From positions 1 to 44,973 of the forward strand of contig CAXHJY010000220.1 of the NCBI GenBank assembly GCA_964016885.1: a stretch of DNA of 44,973 nt. Direction: 5' to 3'. The DNA comes from Eledone cirrhosa (lineage: Eukaryota). The position numbers and the translations under genes are program-made. Below are positions 28,820-39,357 of the stretch, piece after piece. Under the pieces are notes generated by a model. The model did not search any database, was not told the DNA's origin, and saw only the letters and a list, made by a program, of their open reading frames with translations. Each line of letters starts with the position of its first letter. Position 1 is the first letter of the stretch.

Positions 28820-28975
28820 ATTCTGGTTTCTAATTTAGGCAAGCATAAGGCTAGCAATTTTTGTTGAGGTGTCGCAGGGAGGGCTAAGTCAATTAAACTG
28901 ACCTTGCTACTTGACTGTTATGAAAAAGAAAATGGACCTCTGCGAGATTTGAAATCAGAACATAAAGATCCAGAA
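28820..28975 (-). mobile_element. degraded tRNA-SINE copy
   Basis: TTTCTAATTTAGGC tail and GAGATTTGAAATCAGAAC (box B complement). Confidence 0.55.
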
Positions 28976-29024
28976 TGACTATTGCACTTGATTAATTAAC
29001 TTAATTGCAGCAGTCATCTCTCTC

Positions 29025-29192
29025 TACACCACCACCACACTGTCCACCACCAGACTGTCTACAACCACCACCACCACCACCACAACACTGCTACCACCAC
29101 CACCACACTCTTCACCACTACACTGTCCACCAACACCCTCTTCACCACCACACTGTCCACCACCACCATACTGTCCACCACCATACTGTTCC
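29025..29192. repeat. (CAC)n-rich repeat with CACTGTCCAC units
   Basis: Read directly from the sequence. Confidence 0.85.
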
Positions 29193-29389
29193 AGTTACAG
29201 AGGGTTGGCTGTATTCAGGTGTTCAAGCCTCTGTCCACTAAGCTTTTGTCATGGCACACTCTTTGTTACTCTTTGTTTTTCTCTTACTCTCTCTCACCCT
29301 CTCTCTATCTGTCACTCTCTTTCTCTATTACCCTCTCTCATGTTCATATCCAAATCAACAATGACTGTAACAATGACACTGGGTGGGGT

Positions 29390-31568
29390 GGGGCAGGTGT
29401 TTGAAGGTGGACATTACACATACATGGGGGGGGGGCAGGTGTTTGAAGGTGGACATTACACATACATAGGGGGGCAGGGTGTTTGAAGGTGGACATTACA
29501 CATACATGGGGGGGGGCAAGGTGTTTGAAGGTGGACATTACACATACATGGGGGGGCAAGGTGTTTGAAGGTGGACATTACACATACATGGGGGGGCAAG
29601 GTGTTTGAAGGTGGACATTACACATACATAGGGGGGCAGGGTGTTTGAAGGTGGACATTACACATACATAGGGGGGCAGGGTGTTTGAAGGTGGACATTA
29701 CACATACATGGGGGGAGCAGGTGTTTGAAGGTGGACATTACACATACATAGGGGGGCAGGTGTTTGAAGGTGGACATTACACATACATGGGGGGGGCAAG
29801 GTGTTTGAAGGTGGACATTACACATACATAGGGGGGCAAGGTGTTTGAAGGTGGACATTACACATACATGGGGGGGGGCAGGTGTTTGAAGGTGGACATT
29901 ACACATACATAGGGGGGCAAGGTGTTTGAAGGTGGACATTACACATACATGGAGGGAGCAGGTGTTTGAAGGTGGACATTACACATACATGGGGGGAGCA
30001 GGTGTTTGAAGGTGGACATTACACATACATAGGGGGGCAGGTGTTTGAAGGTGGACATTACACATACATGGGGGGGGCAGGTGTTTGAAGGTGGACATTA
30101 CACATACATGGGGGGCAGGTGTTTGAAGGTGGACATTACACATACATGGGGGGGGCAAGGTGTTTGAAGGTGGACATTACACATACATAGGGGGGCAGGG
30201 TGTTTGAAGGTGGACATTACACATACATGGGGGGAGCAGGTGTTTGAAGGTGGACATTACACATACATGGGGGGAGCAGGTGTTTGAAGGTGGACATTAC
30301 ACATACATAGGGGGGCAGGGTGTTTGAAGGTGGACATTACACATACATGGGTGGGAGCAGGTGTTTGAAGGTGGACATTACACATACATAGGGGGGCAGG
30401 GTGTTTGAAGGTGGACATTACACATACATGGGGGGCAAGGTGTTTGAAGGTGGACATTACACATACATAGGGGGGCAGGGTGTTTGAAGGTGGACATTAC
30501 ACATACATAGGGGGGGGGGCAAGGTGTTTGAAGGTGGACATTACACATATATGGGGGGGGAAAGGTGTTTGAAGGTGGACATTACACATACATAGGGGGG
30601 GCAGGGTGTTTGAAGGTGGACATTACACATACATAGGGGGGCAGGGTGTTTGAAGGTGGACATTACACATACATGGGGGGGCGAGGTGTTTGAAGGTGGA
30701 CATTACACATACATAGGGGAGCAAGGTGTTGAAGGTGACATTACACATACATGGGGGGGGGGGGCAGGGTGTTTGAAGGTGGACATTACACATACATAGG
30801 GGGGGCAGGTGTTTGAAGGTGGACATTACACATACATGGGGGGGCAGGTGTTTGAAGGTGGACATTACACATACATAGGGGGGGGGCAAGGTGTTTGAAG
30901 GTGGGACATTACACATACATAGGGGAGCAGGGTGTTTGAAGGTGGACATTACACATACATAGGGGGGCAGGGTGTTTGAAGGTGGACATTACACATACAT
31001 AGGGGGGGGGGGCAAGGTGTTTGAAGGTGGACATTACACATACATAGGGGGGGGGCAAGGTGTTTGAAGGTGGGGCATTACACATACATAGGGGGGCAGG
31101 TGTTTGAAGGTGGACATTACACATACATGGGGGGAGCAGGTGTTTGAAGGTGGACATTACACATACATGGGGGGAGGCAAGGTGTTTGAAGGTGGACATT
31201 ACACATACATGGGGGGGCAGGTGTTTGAAGGTGGACATTACACATACATAGGGGGGGCAGGTGTTTGAATGTGGACATTACACATACATGGGGGGGCAGG
31301 TGTTTGAAGGTGGACATTACACATACATAGGGGGGCAAGGTGTTTGAAGGTGGACATTACACATACATAGGGGGGCAGGTGTTTGAAAGTGGACATTACA
31401 CATACATGGGGGGAGCAGGTGTTTGAAGGTGGACATTACACATACATGGGGGGAGCAGGTGTTTGAAGGTGGACATTACACATACATGGGGGGGGGGCAG
31501 GTGTTTGAAGGTGGACATTACACATACATAGGGGGGGGGGGCAGGTGTGGACATCACACACATACATA
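29390..31568. repeat. G-rich minisatellite, ~54 units of ~40 nt
   Basis: Nearly invariant core GGTGTTTGAAGGTGGACATTACACATACAT plus a variable (A)G-run and CA/CAA/CAG linker; hand count of about 54 units. Confidence 0.99.
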
Positions 31569-32604
31569 CACTCACCTAATCTGCACAGAAACACATTCCT
31601 AGTATTTATCCCTGTGGTCATCATCATCATATTGAAGGAGCATCTGTGATCGCTTGACCTGCTAAACATAGCAGTCAAATCTCTAGAATACACTGAAGAC
31701 AGGGTGGTAATGGCTGGAAAGCTTATCTCAATCACGATTGGAATGGCGTTAAACATCATCATCACCACTATCCCCACTCCCACCTCTGCTACCACCACTA
31801 ACATCACATGCCCATCACTATTACAGCTACTTTCATCATTATCAACACCACCATTACCATCACCATCGTACCATCCACATCATCTTCATTATTGAATCTA
31901 CCTTTATTACCATCACTATCATCACCATCATGAATCTCACATCAATCTACCATCATCATTACCACCCACATCACTACTATTTCAATCATCATCACTATTG
32001 TTATCATCGCTATCATCATCATATGTACCCTGAAAAGGTCAGCTGTCTAAAAAGGTGGAATAATGGATGACCCCCCCCCCTCTTCTTTCTTTTCTGCTCC
32101 AGGCTCTCTACCCCTATCCCTTCCTTTCTATTTGTTAGAAACCACCCCTTCCTCTCTTCATCTATGATAATAAGGGATATATCTTTTTTGTGACCTTTTT
32201 TTAATAGAGGACAAAGAATTTGTCATTTTTTTTTATTGTCCCTAAGGTGTGACCTACTCCTAGTTGGGTGAAGGGGAGAGCCTTTTCATTCCTTGAACTT
32301 GGGGTGTGGGGTGGGGCTTCTTCTAATAGTGAGTCACCCCCCACCCCCATTATTACTGTTTCTTCCATCATAGGTATGACCCTGGACACATCTCATTATC
32401 TGCTTCTTGCGGGTGTGGGAAGTGTATGGCTGCTCTTGATATTGCAGGGAGATGGCAGTGAGGGGGGTAAAGAGGAGGAGGACGGGGTCAGTTAACCCCT
32501 CCCTCCACTCATCATTCTCTATCTGCAATACAGCAAATCAATTCCCCCCCCCCCCTCACCATCACCACATACAGTCTGCACGTTTATCTTCCTCCTCAAA
32601 ATAT

Positions 32605-33240
32605 TAATAATTGTTTCTACTTTTGGCGCAAGGCCAGCAACACCCAGTGTATTACTGGTACTTTATTTTAACGACCCCCGTAAGGATGAAAGGCAAAGTT
32701 AACCTTGGTGGGTTTTGAACTCAGAATGGCAAGAGCCACAACTCTATGCGTCAAAGCATGGCGTCCGACCCTCTACCGATACTGCCAATCCACCAAAATA
32801 TTAATAATAATAATAGTTTCTGATTTAGACGGAAGGCCTGCAATTTATAGGGAAAGAGAAAGAAGATTAAATCGACACCAGTGCATTACTGGTGCTTTGT
32901 TATTGACCCCATAATTATATACCACAATGCATATTGTCTGACGCTCTACTGATGCACTGCCAATGATGATGATGATTTCTAATTTAGGCACAAGCTCAGT
33001 AATTTATCGGGAGAGGTAAGTTGACCTTTAATTGACTCCAGAATAATTAATAAAGAAAGTACCAGTTATGTACTGGGGTCAATTTAATCGACTTTCCCCT
33101 CCCCATAAATTACTGGCCCTGTGCCTAAATTAGAAATATTAACTACTACTACTACCACCACTACTACTAATATTATGAGGGTGGTGGATTTGTAGAATTG
33201 GTAGAGCATCGGATAAAATGCTGTGTTATTTTTTCCAGTT
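32605..33240. mobile_element. cluster of tRNA-SINE copies and fragments in both orientations
   Basis: 32605-32795 (-) closely matches 28152-28346. Further pieces at ~32808-32965 (-), 32975-33040 (-), 33055-33140 (+) and 33178-33240 (+). Confidence 0.8.
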
Positions 33241-33314
33241 CTTTAATTTTTTTAATTCAATTTTGATGTATATTTGTTCCACTGATCTTTGTGGAGTCAG
33301 CAAGCTGTAGAACA

Positions 33315-33482
33315 TTTCTTCTTTGTTCTTGCTCGATGGGACTGGGATCATCCTATGTAAGCAATCCCAGAGGCATCCAGGTCCACTTTTGCTCTCCATC
33401 GCTGGTATAACCCCTCTGCATCCTCAAAGGTGATGTCGAGCCTCTGGAGACCTTCCTTCATCCCATCCAGCCATCTGGTGCA
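33315..33482 (-). mobile_element. RTE-like LINE 3' end fragment
   Basis: Minus strand RWLDGMKEGLQRLDITFEDAEGL, ending in an AAGAAGAA-like tail. Confidence 0.5.
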
Positions 33483-34224
33483 GGGCGTTTTCCATTGCTC
33501 AACTCAAGCTAAAGCAGAGATATAATGTTCTCCTTTTTGAGGCAATGTTTTAGGAAGAGCATCCAGTTGTAAAAAGCCTGCGAAACAAAGGGTTGAGAGG
33601 CTTTTCAGTTGTGTCAAAGACATGATAACCTCTTCTTGTGCACTCAATAGAACGTAAGACTGGGCCTGTCTGGGAAGTCAGTAGCCCCGCTTCACCACTG
33701 AAATTGGTTTATGTAGATTCGTCCAACTTTTGCTAACAGGGAAAGCGACCGACAATGGCGGCGGTGGCTTCTGCTAGTCACCTCTTATGACATGCAATGA
33801 TACACCATACCTAAACTGGATACTGTAGTCTAATCAAGTATAGATCATTGCTTCCTGCAACTTATATTGAAATATATATTGAAATCTTTGCTTAACTAAT
33901 ACATCTGTTTCCTCTAAGTACCAATAGTGCATTGCTTTCAACTTGGTCACCTATACATCTGTTTCTTGTAAATACCAGTAATATATTAAGGTTAATTTTA
34001 ATATAAAGGAAGAAATCCTATCTTGAGCAACAAAGGTTATTGTGATAAAGTATAACATATTTCCTATTGTCTCTCTATGTACCTGTGACTATGTGTCACT
34101 GTGTTCCAGTACATCTGTGTGTGTGTGTGTGTGTGTCTGCATGCACTTTCACAGACATACAGACAGACAATTATGTATTTATAGCATGTGACATGTGTTT
34201 GCTTACAGACCTGGCACCACCAAC

Positions 34225-34475
34225 ACCACACCATTGCTACAGGCCTAGTTCCTCGCCACCACCACCACCACCACACCATTGCTACAGGCCTAGTTCCTAG
34301 CCACCACCACCACACCATTGCTACAGGCCTAGTTCCTCACCACCACCACACCATTGCTACAGGCCTACTTCCTCACCACCACCACACCATTGCTACAGGC
34401 CTACTTCCTCGCCACCACCACCACCACCACCACCACCACCACCACCACCATTGCTACAGACCTATTTCCTGACCA
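34225..34475. repeat. minisatellite: CACACCATTGCTACAGGCCTA(G/C)TTCCT plus variable (CAC)n, ~6 copies
   Basis: Read directly from the sequence. Confidence 0.95.
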
Positions 34476-35014
34476 CTACCGCCACCCCAGTCAACCCCAG
34501 TCCAACCTGGCACTTGCCTGTCATCTTATATTATTAACAGGTTACCTGGGTGTCATTGACAATAATACATCTGTATAGCAACATGAACATTGTGTTGTGG
34601 TGGGGGGAAATGGTGATGTGGATGACAATAATGGTGGTGAGGATGGGGGGGGGGGGCAATGGTGGTGAGGATTATTAACATGCATCTAAGTATATCAATG
34701 TATGTGTTTATATATATATAATGTATAACTATATCATATGTATGTCAAGGTGGTAGGGTATCTGTGTGTGCTTGTGTATGTGTATATCAGTTTGTGTGCC
34801 TGTATCTGTGTGTGTGTGTTTGTGTGGTATATAATATTGTAGAGTTGCTGTGAACCCTGTCTTTGTTTAGTAAGCAATGACAATGGTAAGGTAAAATGAC
34901 TGATTGTGTTATGACAGCCCAACCCAACCTTGCCCACCTCCCATGGAAGAGAGAAACAGTCAGGATTGCTGTCACCTTCCTTATGACTCAATAACCTATA
35001 TCTTACATCACTAA

Positions 35015-35112
35015 ACTACCACCACCACAGCTACCACCCTCACCACCACCACCACCACAGCTACCACCCTCACCACCACCACCACCACAGCTACCACCCT
35101 CACCACCACCAC
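35015..35112. repeat. 30-nt tandem repeat, 3 copies
   Basis: CACCACCACCACCACCACAGCTACCACCCT. Confidence 0.9.
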
Positions 35113-35202
35113 ACAAAGAACAACAATTGAACTGCTGCAATTAAGCTTGTCAACTTTATTTATAGGTACTACATACAGTGTTGAAAATACATTATTGTGT
35201 TT

Positions 35203-35212
35203 GTGTGTGTGT

Positions 35213-35284
<72 letters not shown>

Positions 35285-35288
35285 CTCT
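35203..35288. repeat. (GT)n(CT)n(CTAT)n microsatellite
   Basis: Read directly from the sequence. Confidence 0.95.
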
Positions 35289-35321
35289 TTAATGAATACA
35301 GATATCACTGGCATATGTACA

Positions 35322-35478
35322 TATCATTTAACGGCTGTTTTCCATGCTTGCAATTGGTTAGACAGGTTGTTGGGTTATGAGGCCAGATAGATCAGGTAAT
35401 CGTGTCTTGTTCATACTATATGATTTGGGCTTGGTTTTTTACAGCAGGATGCCTGCTCTTCCTAACGCCAGCCACAGT
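35322..35478 (-). mobile_element. RTE-dependent SINE-like copy
   Basis: Complement of the RTE tail (CATTTAACGGCTGTTTTCCATGC) and of the head (GGATGCC..TTCCTAACGCCAGCCAC). Confidence 0.65.
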
Positions 35479-36565
35479 TATATGTTCTGAGAGCTTTTTT
35501 TTTTTTATTTATAAAACCAGCCCTGCCATCCAACAGGGTATACTGGGTACTTTTAATTGTTGCACCAGTACTGCAATTTTACAGGGTATACTGGGTGCTT
35601 GTTGTTGTGGCACCAGTACAGTACCCTACAGAATGGGCAGGTTGCTTTTTGTCATGGTACCAGCACAACAACCAGTTACAGGATTGACTGGGCCCTTTTT
35701 GTTGTTGTGGCAACAGCAGTGTGGGAGAGCAAGCAACATGTCATAGGGATGGCTTTGAAGAGAGTCAGTTGCTCTTGACAATAAATTGCAGAGCCTATCT
35801 GGCTTTCCATACATGTATTGGTTAGCAAATGTGAATCTGAGATGTGGTAGAGAGTGGAGTGTAACATATCATCATTGTTAAACATCCATTTTCCATGACC
35901 TTATGGGCCAGATGGGCTGTGATGTACTGAAACGAAGCCAGGCAGGTGACCACGGCTAGTTCATACATTTTTCTTATGGCATGACCTCCACAGCCGGCAA
36001 GATGCTCTTCTTAACCCCTATCAGAGTATTTTATCAGGGGATGAGGTGTGGGTGTGTCTGGCTTTCTATGTTGGATATGGAAAAGGTGGATGTGACTGTA
36101 TTTGTGTGTTGGTATGGGTTAAACTGGACTCGATTCTTTGGTTGTATTCTATCTATGCTTGTAGGTTCAAAGCCCAGTGGGAACAAAGCAAAAGGTCTTT
36201 CATTCCCACAGGATCATCTAAACAGGATATTCAGTCCTCATGACACCATTTAACAAAGATGGTCTTATAAGCAATGTTAGGAATTGTGTTTACACACACA
36301 GAACACACTAAACATACACAACACACAACACACTGTATGGGAGTCTGAGAGAGGAGGTGAGCAAATACATCAACAACATATGTATAATGATCTCAGTCTG
36401 TCAGGAATCAACATATTGAGGCTGTTTTAACCCCCCCCCCCTACTACCAAGGGACATCATCATCGTTTATATATATATATATCTAACAAAGGAATTGTGG
36501 TAAGGAACCAGATGGACCATAACACACCAGAGTACTCAATACTTAGGGTAGTAGAGTGGGAAATG

Positions 36566-36676
36566 GGAAAAAGTATGACCCCGACGGCAGAGCTCAAGCC
36601 GTTTCGACGGCTACTTCTGGACTGAAATAGCCGTCGAAACGGCTTGAGCTCTGCCGTCGGGGGTCATACTTTTTCC
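36566..36676. repeat. near-perfect palindrome (48/49-nt arms, 14-nt loop) built from the 3' half of an HHR
   Basis: GGAAAAAGTATGACCCCGACGGCAGAGCTCAAGCCGTTTCGACGGCTA and its reverse complement, differing by one base in the C/G run. Confidence 0.97.
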
Positions 36677-36682
36677 TATCTA

Positions 36683-36721
<39 letters not shown>

Positions 36722-36772
36722 TTAGCACTTTCCTGTAAACAAGTGCTATTATGCCTGATATCATGTTACCTT

Positions 36773-36840
36773 ATTTTATCTGATGAGAACACAATTTTTG
36801 TCCCAGGATGATTTTGTATTCGAAATGCGCATAATAAAAT
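36773..36840 (+). ncRNA. minimal type I hammerhead ribozyme, intact core
   Basis: ATTTTAT CTGATGA GAACACAA...TTGTATTC GAAA TGCGCA TA ATAAAAT: perfect 7-bp stem I, 7/8 stem II, palindromic stem III, AUA site (cut after 36833). Confidence 0.88.
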
Positions 36841-37054
36841 ATATGGAACTCTTTTAACCATCTTTTAATTTCTTCTTTATTATATATATATATATATATA
36901 TATAATTTGATGATGATGATGATGATTAATTTCTTCTTTATTATATATATATATATATGCATAATATATATATATATATATAAGGTAAACAAGGTTCAAT
37001 GAGTTTTACAATAGATCGGAAGCACTCAACAGTATTGGTTTTCCGGAGTTATTA

Positions 37055-37248
37055 ATATTAATTCAAAATATTAACAAAAATAGACATTCGTGTGATCAAG
37101 TATATTTTATTATACATATTTCATGCATCATCTTATTTTATCTGATGAGGACGTACAGTTGAAGATAGCTCAGTACCTCTGAAATATGTATAATAAAATA
37201 TACTTGATCACACAAATGTCTATTTTTGTTAATATTTTGAAATAATAT
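37055..37248. repeat. inverted repeat (~69-nt arms, ~56-nt spacer)
   Basis: 37055-37123 is the reverse complement of 37180-37248 with 2 mismatches. Confidence 0.95.
37135..37199 (+). ncRNA. minimal type I hammerhead ribozyme
   Basis: ATTTTAT CTGATGA GGACGTAC...GTACCTCT GAAA TATGTA TA ATAAAAT: same stem I as 36773, weaker stem II. Confidence 0.8.
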
Positions 37249-37269
37249 ATATATATTATATACACACAA

Positions 37270-37340
<71 letters not shown>

Positions 37341-37402
37341 TATATATATATATATAATACAATATTAAATAAATGGAAAACTATATTTATAAAACCATAT
37401 TT

Positions 37403-37466
37403 ATTTCATTATATATATTTCGGGGATATCATATTAACAATATGCTATGCCCTCATCAGACAAAAT
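37403..37466 (-). ncRNA. minimal type I hammerhead ribozyme (left arm of the palindrome)
   Basis: Minus strand: ATTTTGT CTGATGA GGGCATAGCATA..TATGATATCCCC GAAA TATATA TA ATGAAAT. Confidence 0.78.
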
Positions 37467-37641
37467 ACAATATAAACAGTTATAGATAAATATATTCGAC
37501 ATACCGTAATAAACATCAACTTCATTTGAAGAGGTTTACGCTAGCAGTGAAAATACACTGCTAGCGTAAACCTCTTCAAATGAAGTTGATGTTTATTACG
37601 GTATGTCGAATATATTTATCTATAAAACTGTTTTATATTGT

Positions 37642-37705
37642 ATTTTGTCTGATGAAGGCATAGCATATTGTTAATATGATATCCCCAAAATATATATAAT
37701 GAAAT
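37642..37705 (+). ncRNA. mutated HHR copy (right arm), GAAA changed to AAAA
   Basis: Mirror of 37403-37466 with G-to-A at the catalytic G12 and at the first stem II base. Confidence 0.7.
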
Positions 37706-37931
37706 AAATATGGTTTTATAAATATAGTTTTCCATTTATTTAATATTGTAAATATACTCCAAATATTTGTCGAGTGCTTTTATATCAGTTATAAATATTT
37801 ACTAGTTGTAACCCAACAATTTTAAATATAACTTACATGTATATATATATATATATATATAATATATATATACACATATATATATATATATATACACATA
37901 TATATATATATATATATACACAGCGATATAT

Positions 37932-38037
37932 ATATAAAAGACAGCGAGAAGCGAAAACCAACCAAACAGTGAGTGTGTTTCTGTTATTAATTCTGGCAAT
38001 ATTACGCAAATATGACCCTCCCCAAATATAACAATAT
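37932..38037 (-). mobile_element. copy of the 3453-3562 dispersed repeat, embedded in TA/CA microsatellite
   Basis: Reverse-complement homology to 3453-3562. Confidence 0.75.
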
Positions 38038-38203
38038 ATATACACATATATATATATATATATATACACATATATATATATATATATACACATATATATA
38101 TATATACACATATATATATATATATACACATATATATATATTACACACATATATACACATATATACACATATATATATATATACACATATATATATATAC
38201 ATT

Positions 38204-38251
<48 letters not shown>

Positions 38252-38343
38252 TATATATATATACACATATATATATATATATATACACACATATATATAT
38301 ATATATATACATACACATATATATATATACATACACATATATA

Positions 38344-38375
<32 letters not shown>

Positions 38376-38444
38376 ATACACACATATATATGTATATACA
38401 CACATATATATATATATACACACACATACATATATATATATGAT

Positions 38445-38630
38445 ATGGTATGGACATGTAATGCGCATGGAGGATGACTGCTGGGTAAAGAAGTGCCAAG
38501 AAATCCCAGTAGAAGGAAGACGCAGTAGAGGTAGACCGCGAAAAACATGGGCGGAAGGTGGTGAGAGCAGACCTCAGATCGCTGAAACTCACCGAGATGA
38601 CGACGAAGGACTGTGACAAGTGGGAAAAGT
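38445..38630 (+). pseudogene. RTE 3' coding fragment, same family as 15785-16123
   Basis: [37 protein letters not shown]. Confidence 0.88.
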
Positions 38631-38636
38631 GGTCGG

Positions 38637-38740
38637 CTTGTGCCCGGTCCCTAATCAACTGTGCTATAACTCTTTCCGTTACTTTCATGACCTGGTCCAT
38701 CAGCTTTAACTCTTTAGTATTTCACATTACTCTGTATATA
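38637..38740 (-). pseudogene. inverted RTE RT fragment (early RT subdomains)
   Basis: [21 protein letters not shown], resembling the segment that follows YRGIKL. Confidence 0.65.
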
Positions 38741-39039
38741 TACTATTATATTTTCATGGTAAAGGCTTTACCTCGCATAACTATCTCACATAATAACGAA
38801 TCTATGAGATTTTGAAAGTATTTATTTTGAAAACAATACCTTAACATCAGTTTGAGCGACCAATTCAACAGAAAGAGGTAGAGAATTCTGGCAGGTTTTG
38901 GCCAGTTTTGAACATTAATAGTTTCCTCTATCTAGTGCATCTCCCTTACCCTTGTAGCAGTTGACAATGATGTTGCTGCACCAATCCTTTATATATATAT
39001 TTATATTCACACACACTCGCATATACCTCTTCCTCTTTC

Positions 39040-39357
39040 TCTACTTATTCCTGAGAGGAAGCAACTGTCTCCAACTGATCCGGCTGGATTCCCAAGCGAG
39101 ACCAGCCAAGCTCATTGATGGTATCCAACCATCTTGCTCGGGGTCTATCTCTGTATCTCCTGTTGATTGGTTTTACCTGTAAAATCTGTCCAGCAATTCT
39201 TTCCTGGGACATTCTAACCACATCGCCATAGTATCGGAGATGTGATCTCTCAATTCGGAGAAGTAGCGGTTCTACCTGGAGTGACTCTCTGATCTCTGAG
39301 CTCTGCACTCTATCGAGTAACGTTACCCCAAAGACTCTTTGGAGGAACCCCTCACAC
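39040..39357 (-). pseudogene. RTE LINE 3' fragment
   Basis: FLQRVFGVTLLDRV..IRESLQVEPLLLRIERSHLRYYGDVVRM..RPRARWLD. Confidence 0.88.

Larger units (their letters stand above)
37358..37750. repeat. long palindrome (~192-nt arms, 6-nt loop at 37550-37555)
   Basis: Centre CGCTAGCAGTG-AAAATA-CACTGCTAGCG; the arms are complementary with only a few differences. Confidence 0.98.

Noticed and set aside
29390-31568. CRISPR-like appearance (constant ~30-nt repeat containing GTTTGAAG)
   Set aside because: The intervening sequence is only a ~10-nt G run, not unique spacers. No cas genes; eukaryotic context.
31565-31615. Perfect minus-strand splice donor AG|GTGAGT next to the minisatellite
   Set aside because: No convincing acceptor or recognisable coding exon; such motifs occur by chance in 45 kb.
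29344-31807. ORFs with repeating MSTFKHL/CMCNVHLQT peptides
   Set aside because: These are translations of the minisatellite, with frames shifting at each G run.
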